From Actinomycetota bacterium (lineage in GTDB: Bacteria; Actinomycetota; Actinomycetes; S36-B12; UBA5976), in contig CANGDT010000005.1 of assembly GCA_947452755.1 (NCBI GenBank), positions 1 to 58,543 on the forward strand: a stretch of 58,543 nucleotides of DNA, written 5' to 3'. Positions 28,665 through 40,655 of the stretch are shown here, piece by piece. The position numbers and the translations under genes are program-made. The notes under the pieces are model-generated. The model was given only the letters and a program-made list of their open reading frames with translations. It was not told the DNA's origin and searched no databases. How positions within the stretch are numbered: the first letter of the stretch is position 1; each line of letters begins with the position of its first letter.

Positions 28665-29108
28665 ATGAAGGACCAAATCACCGATAGCGTTAGTCCCATG
28701 TCTGAGGCTCCAACACAAGCAGAACCATCAATTGCATCTGGGTGGACCTACCCTGGCGTAATCATTCTGGAAACACTACTTATGGCTATCGCCATGGGAG
28801 TGGACATTGCGCTTAACCACGAACTCGGCTTAATTTCAAACATTGCCCTCGTCGGAATCGCCAGTGTTGGTGCGTGGAAGGTTCGCCGCGCCGACTACCT
28901 GGCCGCAATCTGGGCGCCGGTTCTCGCATGGTTCATTTCATTGATGACCATTGGACAAATGCTTCCAAAGCGCAGTACACATTTTGTTCGGGAACAGGCA
29001 CTTCATCTCGTATACGGTTTGGCTCAGCATGCCTGGTGGATAACTGGCGCCACACTTCTTGCCGGAATCATCGCGGTCGTTCGCCGCAATCGCAAAACTA
29101 CGAGTTAG
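28665..29108 (+). CDS. Hypothetical integral membrane protein (4 TM helices)
   Basis: Hydrophobic 147-aa ORF divergent from ychF. Its 3' end overlaps the ispH 3' end by 11 nt. Confidence 0.55.
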   Translation: MKDQITDSVSPMSEAPTQAEPSIASGWTYPGVIILETLLMAIAMGVDIALNHELGLISNIALVGIASVGAWKVRRADYLAAIWAPVLAWFISLMTIGQMLPKRSTHFVREQALHLVYGLAQHAWWITGATLLAGIIAVVRRNRKTTS

Positions 29109-30066
29109 CTTTTTCTTGCGCGGCTTTCATATCGCGGCGCAATTCTGGTGGCAGTGCAAATAGCAAATGTTCTTCTGCACTCGTAATTTCTTCAAGTTCA
29201 CTAAAGCCACGAGCGGTGAGCCACTCAATAACTTCGTTGACAAGAATCTCTGGAACTGAGGCGCCACTTGTCAGTCCGACTGTCGTCGCTCCTGCAACCC
29301 ACGCTTCATCAAGTTCCCCAGCCCAATCGACTCGATAGGCCGCATCAGATCCACCTTCAAGTGCCACGTCCACAAGGCGCACGGTATTTGATGAATTTGC
29401 TGAACCCACAACAAGCATCACTTCGCAGCGTGCTGCAATGTCTTTCACAGCTTGCTGACGATTTTGTGTTGCATAACAGATGTCGTCACTGGGTGGATCA
29501 ATCAGTTGAGGAAAACGTTCACGAAGCCGTGCAACTGTGTCCAAGGTTTCATCGACCGACAAAGTTGTTTGTGAAAGCCAGGCAATAGGACGGTCTGGAT
29601 CAATCACTACGTCTTTGACGTGATCTGGCCCATCTACCAAAATCATATTTCCTGGGGCTTCGCCCATTGTGCCTTCGACTTCTTCGTGACCTTCATGTCC
29701 AATGAAAATGATCTGGTAATTTTCATCAGCAAATCGACGCGCTTCTCCATGAACCTTTGTCACGAGCGGGCAGGTCGCATCGATTGTCTTCAGTTTCCGA
29801 CTTGCGGCCTCTTCGTGAACCATCGGCGAAACACCATGTGCGCTAAAAATTACCGTTGATCCTTCGGGAACCTCTTGGGTTTCATCCACGAATATTGCTC
29901 CGCGGGCTTCAAGGGCATGGACTACGTATTTGTTGTGCACGATTTGCTTGCGCACATAAACAGGGGCGCCATAAAGATCGAGCGCCTTCTCAACAGTTTC
30001 AACAGCGCGGTCTACGCCGGCACAGTAACCACGAGGCTTGGCAAGCAAGATTTTCTTTTTAGACAC
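29098..30066 (-). CDS. ispH: 4-hydroxy-3-methylbut-2-enyl diphosphate reductase
   Basis: [22 protein letters not shown]... with the three conserved Cys regions (CAGV, ATCPLV, ICYAT). Confidence 0.93.
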   Translation of the reverse strand: MSKKKILLAKPRGYCAGVDRAVETVEKALDLYGAPVYVRKQIVHNKYVVHALEARGAIFVDETQEVPEGSTVIFSAHGVSPMVHEEAASRKLKTIDATCPLVTKVHGEARRFADENYQIIFIGHEGHEEVEGTMGEAPGNMILVDGPDHVKDVVIDPDRPIAWLSQTTLSVDETLDTVARLRERFPQLIDPPSDDICYATQNRQQAVKDIAARCEVMLVVGSANSSNTVRLVDVALEGGSDAAYRVDWAGELDEAWVAGATTVGLTSGASVPEILVNEVIEWLTARGFSELEEITSAEEHLLFALPPELRRDMKAAQEKANS

Positions 30067-30118
30067 TCCCCAATTCTAAGTCCCGATGACTGTCGGCGCT
30101 TCACGAGAGAATGGGGGC

Positions 30119-31345
30119 ATGTCCGAAACCCCCGAGACGCCTCAAGAAAAGCCTGGTCAAGACCCTGACCAGCCATTAGGCGTGCATCAACTCAGCACAA
30201 TCGTGGGCAATTACATTGCCCGATTGGGGACCGTGTGGGTTGAGGGGCAAGTGTCACAAATAAACGTTCGTAAAGGTATGAGTTACCTGAAAATGCGCGA
30301 CGTTGATCGTGACGAAACCCTTTCGCTCAAGATTGTGACCAGCATTCTTGAAGGCATCACGCCTGAAATTGAGCAAGGATCGCGAATAGTCGCGCAACTT
30401 AAACCAGAGTGGTGGCAGGTACGCGGAACCCTTGACTTCAAAGTGCTTCAACTTCGCGCTGTCGGTGTTGGCGAGTTGATGGTTCGACTTGAAGCACTAC
30501 GCAATCTACTTAAAGCCGAAGGTCTGTTCAATCCTGAGCGCAAAAAAGTTATTCCTTTTCTCCCCAGACGCGTGGGATTGATTACGGGACGCAATGGCGA
30601 TGCAGAGCATGACGTCGTCAATAACGCAAGACGTCGTTGGCCAGATGTTGTCTTTGAAATTCGTAATGTGTCCGTCGAAGGTCCGAATGCCGTGCGTGAA
30701 GTAACCAATGCACTCACTGAACTTGATGTGATTGATGACATTGACGTCATCGTCATTGCGCGTGGTGGCGGAAATTTTGAAGCACTCTTACCGTTCAGTG
30801 ACGAGTCACTTCTTCGTGCCGTAGCACAGGCAACTACCCCAGTTGTCGCTGCAATCGGTCACGAAGAAGATCATCCACTGATTGATGACGTTGCAGACTT
30901 CCGTGCTTCGACGCCAACTGACGCTGCTCGCAAAATTGTTCCGGATGTGATGCAAGAACTGGCGAATCTTCGAAACGTGCGAACTCGAAATCGCCAACTC
31001 GTCACAGCACGCGTCGAGAGCCTGACCAATGCACTCCACGTACTACGTAGCCGACCAGCGTTAGCAAATCCATCAGCACTGATTGACGCGCGAACAAAAG
31101 ACAATGAACAGTTGCGTCGAATGATTTTCACCAATGTCACAAACAGAATCAACATTGAATCGAGTGACATTCGAGGTTTGAGCGCCACATTGCGGGCGCT
31201 CTCACCGCAGGGAACTTTGGAACGTGGCTTTGCCATTGTTCGTGATGGCGCTGGTCATGTGGTTCGAACCACAACTCATGCGCCGCATGGAACTCAACTT
31301 CGCGTGCGAGTGTCCGATGGCGAGTTCAACGCCACCTCGGATTAA
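30119..31345 (+). CDS. xseA: Exodeoxyribonuclease VII large subunit
   Basis: OB-fold N-terminus (VWVEGQVSQINVRKGMSYLKMRD) and catalytic core (GLITGRNGDAEHDV, ARGGG). Start at ATG 30119. Confidence 0.9.
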   Translation: MSETPETPQEKPGQDPDQPLGVHQLSTIVGNYIARLGTVWVEGQVSQINVRKGMSYLKMRDVDRDETLSLKIVTSILEGITPEIEQGSRIVAQLKPEWWQVRGTLDFKVLQLRAVGVGELMVRLEALRNLLKAEGLFNPERKKVIPFLPRRVGLITGRNGDAEHDVVNNARRRWPDVVFEIRNVSVEGPNAVREVTNALTELDVIDDIDVIVIARGGGNFEALLPFSDESLLRAVAQATTPVVAAIGHEEDHPLIDDVADFRASTPTDAARKIVPDVMQELANLRNVRTRNRQLVTARVESLTNALHVLRSRPALANPSALIDARTKDNEQLRRMIFTNVTNRINIESSDIRGLSATLRALSPQGTLERGFAIVRDGAGHVVRTTTHAPHGTQLRVRVSDGEFNATSD

Positions 31346-31348
31346 GAA

Positions 31349-31564
31349 CTATTCTGCAGAATCTCCGCTAGGTCGAAGTGCCTCAAGACGCGCACGAGCA
31401 CCAGCAAGTTTTTCCTCACAGACTTGAGCTAAACGCTCACCCTGTTCCCACAGTGTGACCATGTCATCAAGCGGCAAGTCTTTGTCTTCAAGTCGTTCAA
31501 CCACTTCGTCAAGTTGAAGCTTGGCTTGCTCGTAACTGAGGTTCTTTACATCGTCGCTGGGCAT
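31349..31564 (-). CDS. xseB: Exodeoxyribonuclease VII small subunit
   Basis: LSYEQAKLQLDEVVERLEDKDLPLDDMVTLWEQGERLAQVCEEKL is a typical XseB helical hairpin. It lies on the opposite strand to xseA. Confidence 0.85.
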   Translation of the reverse strand: MPSDDVKNLSYEQAKLQLDEVVERLEDKDLPLDDMVTLWEQGERLAQVCEEKLAGARARLEALRPSGDSAE

Positions 31565-31573
31565 GGCAACACT

Positions 31574-32122
31574 TTAACGCTTTGCTGGGACAAGTGACTC
31601 GGCAAAACCAGCGAGTGTCTGCAAATCTGCCGTGCCAGCCACAATCGTGGTGACTTTTCCTTCGGTGTGAACGAGTGAGTGTGTGAGCGGCTGAGTTTGT
31701 TCACATTGGTGCCATATCCATCGACTGATTGGCACCGGTGTCGGTGTGCACTGTCCTGAATTAGTCGCTGCAGAAATTACTTTTCCTGCTGGGCCATTAG
31801 ATTGCCACAGAGATACATACTGGTTGTCCTGAGTCTTGAAGCCCAGATACCAACGAACATCGCCGGTTGCACCATAGGTTTCAGCTTCGAAACGTGCATT
31901 CGTAGGTGTCCACCCTGAAGGAATTTCTTTTGGCACCAGGATTGGCCACACTTGGCCAGCGACGGCCTGCGACACAGCGCCTTGGTAATCAACGGTCGGC
32001 AACATCTGGTGCTTTGGGCGCCAGGTAATAAACAAGATCACGGCCATAACCACAAGGACCGTGCCCATAGAAAGCACCATGTCGTACGAAGTTTCCCGTC
32101 CACGCGGTTTCTTACCAGCCAT
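31574..32122 (-). CDS. DUF4245-family membrane-anchored protein
   Basis: MAGKKPRGRETSYDMVLSMGTVLVVMAVILFITWRP... N-terminal anchor plus a conserved actinobacterial domain. It is the usual neighbour of xseAB and fumarase. Confidence 0.75.
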   Translation of the reverse strand: MAGKKPRGRETSYDMVLSMGTVLVVMAVILFITWRPKHQMLPTVDYQGAVSQAVAGQVWPILVPKEIPSGWTPTNARFEAETYGATGDVRWYLGFKTQDNQYVSLWQSNGPAGKVISAATNSGQCTPTPVPISRWIWHQCEQTQPLTHSLVHTEGKVTTIVAGTADLQTLAGFAESLVPAKR

Positions 32123-32215
32123 AGGACCATCTTGCCTTGTCTAGGCACTCCGCGCTGAGTCACAGTCTGGTTAGCCGAAGCGGCTACTTCGTCGATTCGT
32201 CAATAGGCTTAAAGC

Positions 32216-33880
32216 ATGGTTCAGTTTGAGTACACCGAGATTCTGCCGACTGCTACGCATGAGCCCGAGTTTCGGTTGGTGACCACCGAAGGAATTTCAA
32301 CGACCACTGTTGATGGTCGCACGTTCCTCAATATTGAACCTTCTGTTTTTGAAAAAGTCGCCTACGAAGCAATCCACGACATTCAGCACATGCTGCGCAC
32401 GAGTCATCTTGAACAGCTGCGGAAAATTATCGACGATCCCGAGGCTTCGCCTAACGATCGCTTTGTAGCGACCGACTTATTGAAGAATGCAAGCATTTCA
32501 GTTGGTGGAGTTCTTCCCATGTGCCAGGACACAGGTACTGCAATTGTGAGCGCAAAGCGGGGCGCACACATTTTGACTGAAGGAAATGACGAAAAACATA
32601 TCGCACACGGAATTTACAACGCGTACCAAAAACTAAATCTTCGTTACTCGCAAATGGCGCCCATCAATATGTGGGATGAAAAGAACACGGGAACGAACCT
32701 GCCCGCACAAATCGAAATTTATTCAGACACCAAACCCGAACATGCCGGTGCGTACGAGATGTTATTCATTGCAAAAGGTGGCGGTAGCGCGAATAAGAGT
32801 TTCCTTTATCAAGAAACTAAGGCTGTTCTCAATGAAAAGAGTTTCCTGGCATTTCTCGACGAAAAGCTTCGCCAAATAGGAACGTCTGCCTGTCCGCCGT
32901 ACCACCTTGCAATCGTTGTTGGTGGAACAAGCGCTGAGTACACGATGAAGACCGCAAAATATGCGAGCACGAAATATCTGGACACACTTCCTACCGAAGC
33001 AACCGGCGCCGGAAACGGTTACCGCGATGTTGAGATGGAGCAGAAGGTGCTTGAACTCACTCAGAGTTTTGGAATCGGTGCTCAATTTGGCGGCAAGTAC
33101 TTCTGTCACGACGTGCGAGTCATTCGCCTTCCTCGCCACGGAGCGTCGTGCCCTATTGCAATTACAGTTTCTTGTTCGGCTGACCGCCAGGCAATTGTCC
33201 GTATCGATGCAACCGGTGCATACATTGAGCAACTCGAAACTGATCCTGCCCAGTTCTTGCCTGAAATTACCGAAGAGCACCTTGATGATTCAGTGGTCAC
33301 CATTGACCTGAACCAACCCATGTCTGCAATCCAGGCGGAGTTGTCGAAACTTCCAGTGAAATCCCGGGTTTCGCTGACTGGGCCGCTAATTGTGGCTCGC
33401 GATATCGCCCACGCGCGCATCCTGGACATGCTGGAACGTGGCGAAGATCTTCCCCAGTACATGAAGGACTATGCGGTTTATTACGCCGGGCCAGCCAAAA
33501 CTCCTGAGGGATACGCATCCGGCTCATTCGGCCCAACGACGGCCGGACGCATGGATGCCTATGTTGAACGGTTCCAAGCAGCAGGTGGTTCGCTGGTCAT
33601 GCTCGCTAAGGGCAACCGAAGCAAGCAGGTCACCGATGCTTGCGCACAGCATGGCGGGTTCTACCTTGGATCTATTGGTGGACCGGCTGCGCGCTTAGCA
33701 AAAGACAATATTAAAAAAGTTGAAGTACTTGACTTTGCTGAACTTGGCATGGAAGCGGTGTGGAAAATCGAGGTTGAAGATTTCCCAGCATTCGTTGTTG
33801 TTGACGATAAAGGAAACGATTTCTTTGCCGATACATTGCGACCTATTGCATTAAATATCGCATTCGACAAGAAGGCTTAA
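32216..33880 (+). CDS. fumA: Class I (Fe-S) fumarate hydratase, fused alpha/beta type
   Basis: 554 aa, with CQDTGTA and other class-I hydrolyase Cys motifs. Confidence 0.9.
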   Translation: MVQFEYTEILPTATHEPEFRLVTTEGISTTTVDGRTFLNIEPSVFEKVAYEAIHDIQHMLRTSHLEQLRKIIDDPEASPNDRFVATDLLKNASISVGGVLPMCQDTGTAIVSAKRGAHILTEGNDEKHIAHGIYNAYQKLNLRYSQMAPINMWDEKNTGTNLPAQIEIYSDTKPEHAGAYEMLFIAKGGGSANKSFLYQETKAVLNEKSFLAFLDEKLRQIGTSACPPYHLAIVVGGTSAEYTMKTAKYASTKYLDTLPTEATGAGNGYRDVEMEQKVLELTQSFGIGAQFGGKYFCHDVRVIRLPRHGASCPIAITVSCSADRQAIVRIDATGAYIEQLETDPAQFLPEITEEHLDDSVVTIDLNQPMSAIQAELSKLPVKSRVSLTGPLIVARDIAHARILDMLERGEDLPQYMKDYAVYYAGPAKTPEGYASGSFGPTTAGRMDAYVERFQAAGGSLVMLAKGNRSKQVTDACAQHGGFYLGSIGGPAARLAKDNIKKVEVLDFAELGMEAVWKIEVEDFPAFVVVDDKGNDFFADTLRPIALNIAFDKKA

Positions 33881-34281
33881 TAACCGCCGTTATGCCCTAC
33901 GGCATTGATGACGCCACAAGGTGAGTCGTAACGCTTGTAGATGTATCGCAAACCTGCGCGGACCTGGAGCTTGGGATCTGCCATAAAGCGCTCGACTGTG
34001 TAGTTCTTCTTAACTAGAGCCGCATTGAGTTGCGGTATTCCAAAATATTTTTTGCCAGCCGATGAGTGGTAATTCCAGTGCGATTCGTGCTCCCAAATTT
34101 CATCAAGGCACACGAACTCAGATTCGCCCCAACTGTAGGTTTTGAGCATAAATGCACGCGCGTAATTCTTTGCAGCGGTTTGTTCAAGTTTCAAATCAGG
34201 TTTTGAAGCGCTTCGTGCTTGTGCAGGAACGATAACGGAACCAGTGAGAGCAATGGCTAGAGCAAGTATTTTCAAACGCAC
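33877..34281 (-). CDS. Small secreted lytic-transglycosylase-like protein
   Basis: Signal peptide [22 protein letters not shown]. Contains [27 protein letters not shown] (an ES...G.PQ SLT-like catalytic motif) and RYDSPCG. GTG start with an AAGGGAG SD. Confidence 0.6.
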   Translation of the reverse strand: MRLKILALAIALTGSVIVPAQARSASKPDLKLEQTAAKNYARAFMLKTYSWGESEFVCLDEIWEHESHWNYHSSAGKKYFGIPQLNAALVKKNYTVERFMADPKLQVRAGLRYIYKRYDSPCGVINAVGHNGGY

Positions 34282-34348
34282 GAGTCGCTTACTCCCTTGC
34301 TGGATTAACGAACATTTTCAGGCTAACAAACGAACCGACAGTTCCCGG

Positions 34349-35671
34349 TTAAGCAGGAATGTCTTCCAGCAAATCCGTTACTAGCTCTGCGATTTGCGAG
34401 CGCTCCGAGCGTGTCAAAGTGACGTGTGCAAACAGCGGATGGCCCTTTAACCGCTCAACTACTGCAACTACACCATCGTGGCGACCGACACGGAGATTGT
34501 CCCGCTGTGCCACATCGTGCGTAAGCACAATGCGACTGTTCTTACCAATGCGCGACATCACAGTTAACAACACATTGCGTTCGAGAGACTGAGCCTCATC
34601 GACAATCACAAACGAGTCGTGCAATGAACGGCCACGAATATGCGTAAGCGGAAGCACCTCGAGCATTCCTCGATCTATGACTTCCTCGATCACATCGGGA
34701 GTCGTCACAGCTGACAATGTGTCAAAGACCGCCTGAGCCCACGGCGACATTTTTTCGTTTTCATTTCCGGGCAAGTAACCTAGCTCTTGCCCACCGACGG
34801 CATACAGCGGTCGGAAAACTACTACCTTGCGGTGTTGGCCACGTTCCAAAACAGCCTCAAGTCCGGCACACAGCGCCAATGCGCTCTTACCAGTTCCTGC
34901 CCGACCACCGAGAGACACAATTCCAATATCTGGATCCATCAACAGATCAAGTGCTACACGTTGTTCAGCACTGCGGCCATGTAAACCGAACACGTCGCGA
35001 TCTGCCCGCACGAGCCGTAACCGCTTATCCGGCGTGACGCGCGCAAGCGCACTGCCACGATCGCTGGAAAGTACTACGCCCGTGTGGCATGGCAATTCAA
35101 TGGCTGATTCGTGGTCGATGATTTCTTCGTCGTAAAGATCATCGATGTCGGATGCTGAAACTTGTTGTTCGACAAATCCTGTCCAACCGCTAGATGGCAC
35201 AGTTTCCGCACGGTATTCCTGGGCCTCAAGTCCCACAGCGGAAGCCTTAACGCGTAATGGCAAATCTTTGGAGACCAGTACGACATCGAAGCCTTCATCA
35301 GCCAAATTTTTCGCTACCGACAAAATACGTGTGTCATTGTCGCCGAGACGGAAACCTGCAGGCAAAGCTTCAGGATTGGTGTGATTTAACTCGACGCGAA
35401 TTGAACCACCGTCGTCACCAATCGGTAGCGGTGCATCGAGACGACCGTGCTTAATTCTCAAATCGTCGAGGGATCGCAGTGCGGTGCGCGCAAAATATCC
35501 CAACTCAGGATGTGTGCGTTTTGCTTCTAACTCGGTAATGACCACGACGGGGATCACGACTTCGTGTTCTTCAAATCGGAACAAAGCTCCAGGATCTGAG
35601 AGCAACACGCTTGTGTCGAGAACGTAGGTACGGGTTGACTTCTCCGAGTTGTTCACGCTGGCACCCCACAT
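34349..35671 (-). CDS. phoH2: PhoH2: PIN-domain RNase fused to a PhoH-like ATPase
   Basis: N-terminal PIN domain ([12 protein letters not shown] ... NDTRIL). C-terminal PhoH domain with Walker A GRAGTGKS and VIVDEAQ. Confidence 0.88.
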   Translation of the reverse strand: MWGASVNNSEKSTRTYVLDTSVLLSDPGALFRFEEHEVVIPVVVITELEAKRTHPELGYFARTALRSLDDLRIKHGRLDAPLPIGDDGGSIRVELNHTNPEALPAGFRLGDNDTRILSVAKNLADEGFDVVLVSKDLPLRVKASAVGLEAQEYRAETVPSSGWTGFVEQQVSASDIDDLYDEEIIDHESAIELPCHTGVVLSSDRGSALARVTPDKRLRLVRADRDVFGLHGRSAEQRVALDLLMDPDIGIVSLGGRAGTGKSALALCAGLEAVLERGQHRKVVVFRPLYAVGGQELGYLPGNENEKMSPWAQAVFDTLSAVTTPDVIEEVIDRGMLEVLPLTHIRGRSLHDSFVIVDEAQSLERNVLLTVMSRIGKNSRIVLTHDVAQRDNLRVGRHDGVVAVVERLKGHPLFAHVTLTRSERSQIAELVTDLLEDIPA

Positions 35672-35834
35672 GTGTAGTTATCACCGCGGGAAGGATCGGA
35701 AGTATTCCGATACCTCGGAAATTACGCCTGTCTTGGTGGGAATGCCCAACGCCACGCCGTCTGGAAATATGACGAGTCGGTAAACATCTCGTCACAGGTT
35801 TGCTAATCGCGGCCTTCGACTACGCTTTGTCGTT

Positions 35835-36611
35835 GTGGGAAGAATTCGCACCCTTGTCGGTGAAGTTGCCTATGACCTGTATGGTCATCGCTTAACTGCG
35901 CGCCTTCCCAAAGATCAGTTGCCCCGACATGTGGGCGTGATTTTGGATGGCAACCGTCGGTGGGCCGCTGAACTTGGGTCAACATCGGATTACGGACATC
36001 GCGCCGGGGGCGAGAAGATTGCTGAGTTCCTTGGGTGGTGCGAAGAAGTCGACGTGGAAGTTGTCACACTGTGGCTTCTTTCAACAGATAACTTGGCTCG
36101 CCCCGAACAAGAACTGAAGGCCCTTCTCGACATCATCGCCGATACGGTCACTCAGTTGAGTAACGAACAACGTTGGCGAGTAAACCCTGTGGGGGCGCTT
36201 GATTTGCTTCCACAATCCACCGCCATCTCTCTTCGTGGAGCCGCTGATTCAACTGCACACATCGATGGACTACTCGTCAATGTGGCTGTTGGTTACGGCG
36301 GACGACGTGAAGTGGTGGACGCTGTGCGATCGCTCTTACAAGAGCACGCGCAAGCAGGTACACCTTTAGATGAATTAGCTAAGACGCTTGACATTGAACA
36401 CATTGCCGAACACTTGTACACCAAAGGTCAGCCTGATCCAGATTTAGTTATCCGCACTTCGGGTGAACAACGATTAAGCGGCTTCCTGTTATGGCAAAGT
36501 GCACACTCTGAGTTTTATTTCTGTGAGGCCTACTGGCCAAACTTTCGCAAAATTGATTTCTTGCGCGCGCTGCGTTCCTTTGCGGTGCGCAATCGGCGCT
36601 TTGGAATTTAA
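35835..36611 (+). CDS. Z-isoprenyl diphosphate synthase (UPP synthase family)
   Basis: [13 protein letters not shown] and [23 protein letters not shown] motifs. GTG start. I cannot tell from sequence alone whether it is a short-chain Z-FPP synthase or a decaprenyl/UPP synthase. Confidence 0.85.
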   Translation: MGRIRTLVGEVAYDLYGHRLTARLPKDQLPRHVGVILDGNRRWAAELGSTSDYGHRAGGEKIAEFLGWCEEVDVEVVTLWLLSTDNLARPEQELKALLDIIADTVTQLSNEQRWRVNPVGALDLLPQSTAISLRGAADSTAHIDGLLVNVAVGYGGRREVVDAVRSLLQEHAQAGTPLDELAKTLDIEHIAEHLYTKGQPDPDLVIRTSGEQRLSGFLLWQSAHSEFYFCEAYWPNFRKIDFLRALRSFAVRNRRFGI

Positions 36612-38671
36612 ATTCGCGTCCCAATCTGGTTTTTAAATTCCTGAAGCTCAACGGTCGGAGCTTCGCACACGAAATTGCGACATACGTATCCGCGCTCTGT
36701 AATCCCATCAAATTGGCGGTCGGCCATAAGCGGATGATTACTCTCCCAGGCGTACACGGCACCCGGCGCAGTTGACTGACTTGCAACGGTTCGCCACGGC
36801 GAATCGTGTGCGCAGGCCACCGCAATTTCTCGAGGACCATCCAAGTGCGCAACCAAAGTGGCCGCACCCCATCCAGCGAAACGAGCATGCTTGGCAGTCA
36901 ATGTCACTAATGGTGACATGAACTTCTCGGCCCAGGTGGACCATTTCACATTGGCCGTTAATGCCGCATAAGTCATCGCTGCATCAACTGCGGCCGACCA
37001 GCCAGACGGAGTGACGGAATCTGTGGGATCAACACCGCGATGCCGCATACCTTCGGCAATGGCAGGCGCATCATCTGCCGAGTTCGTCAACTGACCTAGT
37101 TCAACAAAGTGCTCAGCAATATCGTTCAAGAGAAGCTCAGCGAATTCGAGCCACGCATGTTCACCGGTGGCTTGATTCAGCGCCAAGAACGCAGATGCAA
37201 CGAGTCCTTGATCCTCTAATGTGCCTGGTGCATGAATCCCTGCGTGGCCATCTCGAGACACACGCACGAGTCGGGCGGCAGGTGCATCTGGACTCGCCCC
37301 TAGATGAACGCTGACGAGCAAATCGGCGGCCTGCGTTGCCGCTTCCAACCACTCCCCAACCTGAAACACTTCACTTGCGCGCACCAGCGCACGGATTACT
37401 AGACCATTCCATGCGGCAACAACTTTGTCGTCACGACCGGGGCGAGTTCGTGAATCCTGTACCTGCCGAAGTCGATCACACACGTCCCGAAAGCGCTCAT
37501 GGTCTTCAATGTTGCGCCACATAGACAACACGCTGAGGCCCTTTTCAAAAGTTCCCGCCGCGGTGACATTGAATATCTGCGCCGCCCATTGGCCGTCATC
37601 CCGACCAAGAACTTCAATGAGTTGAGCTGGTGACCAGGCATAAAACGCACCCTCGTGTGAATGCCCATGTTCATCCAGGCTGTCTGCATCTAGTGCGGAG
37701 GCGAAGCCACCTTGAGGTGTACGCATTTCACGCAGCAGAAACTCCGCAGTCTCGCGAACAATTCTTTCTGCAAACGGACTTTGCGTAAGTAAGTAGTAAT
37801 TTGTATAGGCGGATAGTAGTTGCGCGTTGTCGTACAGCATTTTTTCAAAATGAGGCACTGTCCACATCGCATCGACGCTGTACCGAGCAAAACCGCCACG
37901 TAGTTGGTCATACATTCCACCGCGTGCCATCTGGTCAAAAGTTGTTTCCAACATTGTCGCAATGCGTGGATCCTCGTTCAGTTCATTGAGCGAGTTATAC
38001 GCGTCTACGCGCATCAGAAATTCCAGGGCAAGCGGAGCTGGAAACTTTGGTGCTCCACCAAACCCACCATGGACGGGATCAAAACTAGCCGCTAAAGACG
38101 AAACTCCTGACGTAATTGCCGCAGAAATATCTTCACGCAAAACTACGTCACCAGATGCGGCAGCTAACTCGTTGCGTTGGCCAATGGAATCCATGATGCG
38201 CGTCGAGGTAATGCTGACCTTGTCGCGTTCATTGGTCCACGCTTCATCAAGGGCAACAATCAATTGTCCAAATGACGGCATGCCATGCCCGGGTGTCGCC
38301 GGAAAATATGTACCGGCGTACCACGGGCGACGGTCATGGTCGAGCCATACAGACATCGGCCAGCCACCATGACCTGTCATTGCTTGAGTGGCTTCCATGT
38401 ACAACGCATCAACTGCAGGCAACTCTTCACGATCAACTTTCACGTTGACAAATGCAGCGTTCATGAGAGCTGCAATGTGTTCGTCTTCAAAGCTTTCATG
38501 TGCCATGACATGACACCAATGACAAGCGCTGTATCCAACGCTCAAAAAGATTGGTACGTCGCGACGTTTTGCTTCAGCAAAGGCTTCTTCACCCCAGGCA
38601 TACCAATCCACTGGATTCTCAGCGTGCTGAAGCAAATATGGCGATGTCGATTCACTGAGGCGATTTGGCAC
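36608..38671 (-). CDS. Thioredoxin-domain protein of the DUF255/YyaL family (N-terminal Trx fold plus alpha/alpha-toroid)
   Basis: [21 protein letters not shown] ... [11 protein letters not shown]. Confidence 0.85.
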   Translation of the reverse strand: MPNRLSESTSPYLLQHAENPVDWYAWGEEAFAEAKRRDVPIFLSVGYSACHWCHVMAHESFEDEHIAALMNAAFVNVKVDREELPAVDALYMEATQAMTGHGGWPMSVWLDHDRRPWYAGTYFPATPGHGMPSFGQLIVALDEAWTNERDKVSITSTRIMDSIGQRNELAAASGDVVLREDISAAITSGVSSLAASFDPVHGGFGGAPKFPAPLALEFLMRVDAYNSLNELNEDPRIATMLETTFDQMARGGMYDQLRGGFARYSVDAMWTVPHFEKMLYDNAQLLSAYTNYYLLTQSPFAERIVRETAEFLLREMRTPQGGFASALDADSLDEHGHSHEGAFYAWSPAQLIEVLGRDDGQWAAQIFNVTAAGTFEKGLSVLSMWRNIEDHERFRDVCDRLRQVQDSRTRPGRDDKVVAAWNGLVIRALVRASEVFQVGEWLEAATQAADLLVSVHLGASPDAPAARLVRVSRDGHAGIHAPGTLEDQGLVASAFLALNQATGEHAWLEFAELLLNDIAEHFVELGQLTNSADDAPAIAEGMRHRGVDPTDSVTPSGWSAAVDAAMTYAALTANVKWSTWAEKFMSPLVTLTAKHARFAGWGAATLVAHLDGPREIAVACAHDSPWRTVASQSTAPGAVYAWESNHPLMADRQFDGITERGYVCRNFVCEAPTVELQEFKNQIGTRI

Positions 38672-38744
38672 GACTCATTGTCTCACCTCATCGTTGAGCG
38701 CGGACTCTCGCCACAATGCGAGGAGTCTGTGCCACACTTGACAC

Positions 38745-39395
38745 GTGTATTTACCGAAACATTTCACGAATAGTGACCTCGTGTCGATTACATCATTTGT
38801 TGCCGATGTCGCCGCCGCTGACTTTGTTTCAGTTGACAAGGATGGACAGCCATTAGCCACCTTGATGCCGTGCACGTGGGTGCAAGAACCAACTGAGACT
38901 GCGCCTGACGGAACACTCTTTATGCACATGGCACGAGCAAACAAACAGTGGGAGTCCATTGTTGACGGAAGTCGAGCACTTGCGATCGTGCATGGACCAC
39001 AGGCTTATGTGTCACCAAGCAATTACGCATCAAAGCTTGAAGACGGAAAAGTTGTTCCGACCTGGAATTACACATCAGTGCATCTCAGTGGCACAGTCAC
39101 GGTAAGCCATGACACTGACTATCTGTTGGAGATCGTCTCGCGCCTCACCGACTCGCACGAAGGCGCACGCGAAAAGCCCTGGAAAACTTCTGACGCACCA
39201 GACACCTACATGAATGCGCAACTGCGAGGGATTGTCGCCATCACACTTCATGTGGACCGCATCGAAGCAAAAGAAAAGCTTTCACAGAACCGTTCACTTG
39301 CCGACCAACAAGGCGTTATCGCCGACCTCACACAGTCAGCGAAGCCAGGCGAACAAGAAATTGGTGCCTTAATGGAAGATAAGTTGCCTAACTAA
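38745..39395 (+). CDS. paiB: FMN-binding PaiB-family protein
   Basis: MYLPKHFT... N-terminus, HMARANKQW, and a C-terminal KLSQNR motif typical of PaiB-like proteins. GTG start. Confidence 0.75.
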   Translation: MYLPKHFTNSDLVSITSFVADVAAADFVSVDKDGQPLATLMPCTWVQEPTETAPDGTLFMHMARANKQWESIVDGSRALAIVHGPQAYVSPSNYASKLEDGKVVPTWNYTSVHLSGTVTVSHDTDYLLEIVSRLTDSHEGAREKPWKTSDAPDTYMNAQLRGIVAITLHVDRIEAKEKLSQNRSLADQQGVIADLTQSAKPGEQEIGALMEDKLPN

Positions 39396-39404
39396 CGGCA
39401 CCCA

Positions 39405-40583
39405 CTAGTTTTCTTCATGCACCACTATTGGTCGCGAAACGTAAACGCCAACTGCAGCTTGTACAGCCATTGCGACCAGTAGGCCAACGAGCGCAATGTG
39501 CCAGCTGTTCGTTTTGTCGTGCACCGCACCGAGCAAGAATGGGCCAAGTGCCGAGATAAAGTAGCCGCCACCTTGCATCATGGTGCCAAGATCTCTAGCC
39601 GTCGCAGGGCCATCCGAGCGCAACAAGACAAGAGTGAGCGACAGCGGGAATGTCGAACCAAGAGCGCAGCCCAGCATGATTGCCCAGAGAGCGGTCAGGT
39701 GAGTTGGCGACCACAGCAAGCCACACATGCCGAGCATTCCGACACCAACGAAAAGTAGCGAAAGTCCAACTTGTGATTTCACTCGCGCTGCCAATGGCGG
39801 AACTAGCAAACCAGTTGGAATACCAAAGAACGTCAACAACGCAACCATCGAACCTGCGTTCTCAGGAGATAAACCTGCATCGCGCAAAATTGATGGCATC
39901 CACGTGACCATTGAGTAGTACATGGACGATTGCAAACCGAAATAGAACAGCAAACCCCACGCCATTTTGTTTCGGATCAATTTAGAAACGTGAATTGATG
40001 AAGGCAGTGGAACGTCTGGCTCACTTGGTTTATAGGTCTTCCACAACGCCAACGTTGCCAACGGCAGCAATGCCCACATAGCCATCGAGACTCGCCATGT
40101 TCCGAACGCATTGCTGATGGGAAAACTAGTAAGGGCAGCAAAGGACGCTGATACCGAAATACCGGCAGTCACCAGACCCGTAATCCAACCAAGTTTGTAG
40201 GTAAAGTCGCGTCGATTCACCACAGACATAGTCACGTTTCCGACGGCAATTGCCAATCCGATGACAACAGTTCCTGCGAGCAGCGCACCAATGTTTGGGA
40301 TTAACCGAATCAATCCCGCAGTCGTCAGTACCAACAACACCAACGCCACCACTGTGTTTGGACTGCGCTTTGCTAAAAGCCGTGGAACAAAAAATGATCC
40401 GAGACCAAAACAGACAATCGGCAATGTAGTGAGCAGCGAACCTTGCGCGGCTGTCATTCCAAACTCTGCGCGAATTTCAGGAAGTACTGGACCGACGTTC
40501 GTCACCAACGGACGCAGCATGAGTGAAAAAACAAACATCGGCATTGCTCGACGTAAAAATGCCGAACGAGTTTCTTGATCCAT
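39405..40583 (-). CDS. MFS transporter (CynX/cyanate-permease-like family)
   Basis: 12 predicted TM helices. N-terminal LRPLVTNVGPVLPEIRAEFGMTAAQGSLLTTLP resembles the CynX family. Confidence 0.7.
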   Translation of the reverse strand: MDQETRSAFLRRAMPMFVFSLMLRPLVTNVGPVLPEIRAEFGMTAAQGSLLTTLPIVCFGLGSFFVPRLLAKRSPNTVVALVLLVLTTAGLIRLIPNIGALLAGTVVIGLAIAVGNVTMSVVNRRDFTYKLGWITGLVTAGISVSASFAALTSFPISNAFGTWRVSMAMWALLPLATLALWKTYKPSEPDVPLPSSIHVSKLIRNKMAWGLLFYFGLQSSMYYSMVTWMPSILRDAGLSPENAGSMVALLTFFGIPTGLLVPPLAARVKSQVGLSLLFVGVGMLGMCGLLWSPTHLTALWAIMLGCALGSTFPLSLTLVLLRSDGPATARDLGTMMQGGGYFISALGPFLLGAVHDKTNSWHIALVGLLVAMAVQAAVGVYVSRPIVVHEEN

Positions 40584-40655
40584 GTTGTTCGATGCTCCGA
40601 CCTGAATAGACTCGCTGTACGCATAACTCTAGTGACTACAGGAATGTGAGTTCTG

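Noticed and set aside
35571-35795. 74-aa ORF overlapping the phoH2 start, considered as a phoAT-like antitoxin partner of PhoH2
   Set aside because: It is extremely Arg-rich and looks like junk. It overlaps about 100 nt of phoH2 out of frame and has no SD. The mycobacterial phoAT is, as far as I know, not conserved outside that genus, and nothing in the sequence supports it here.
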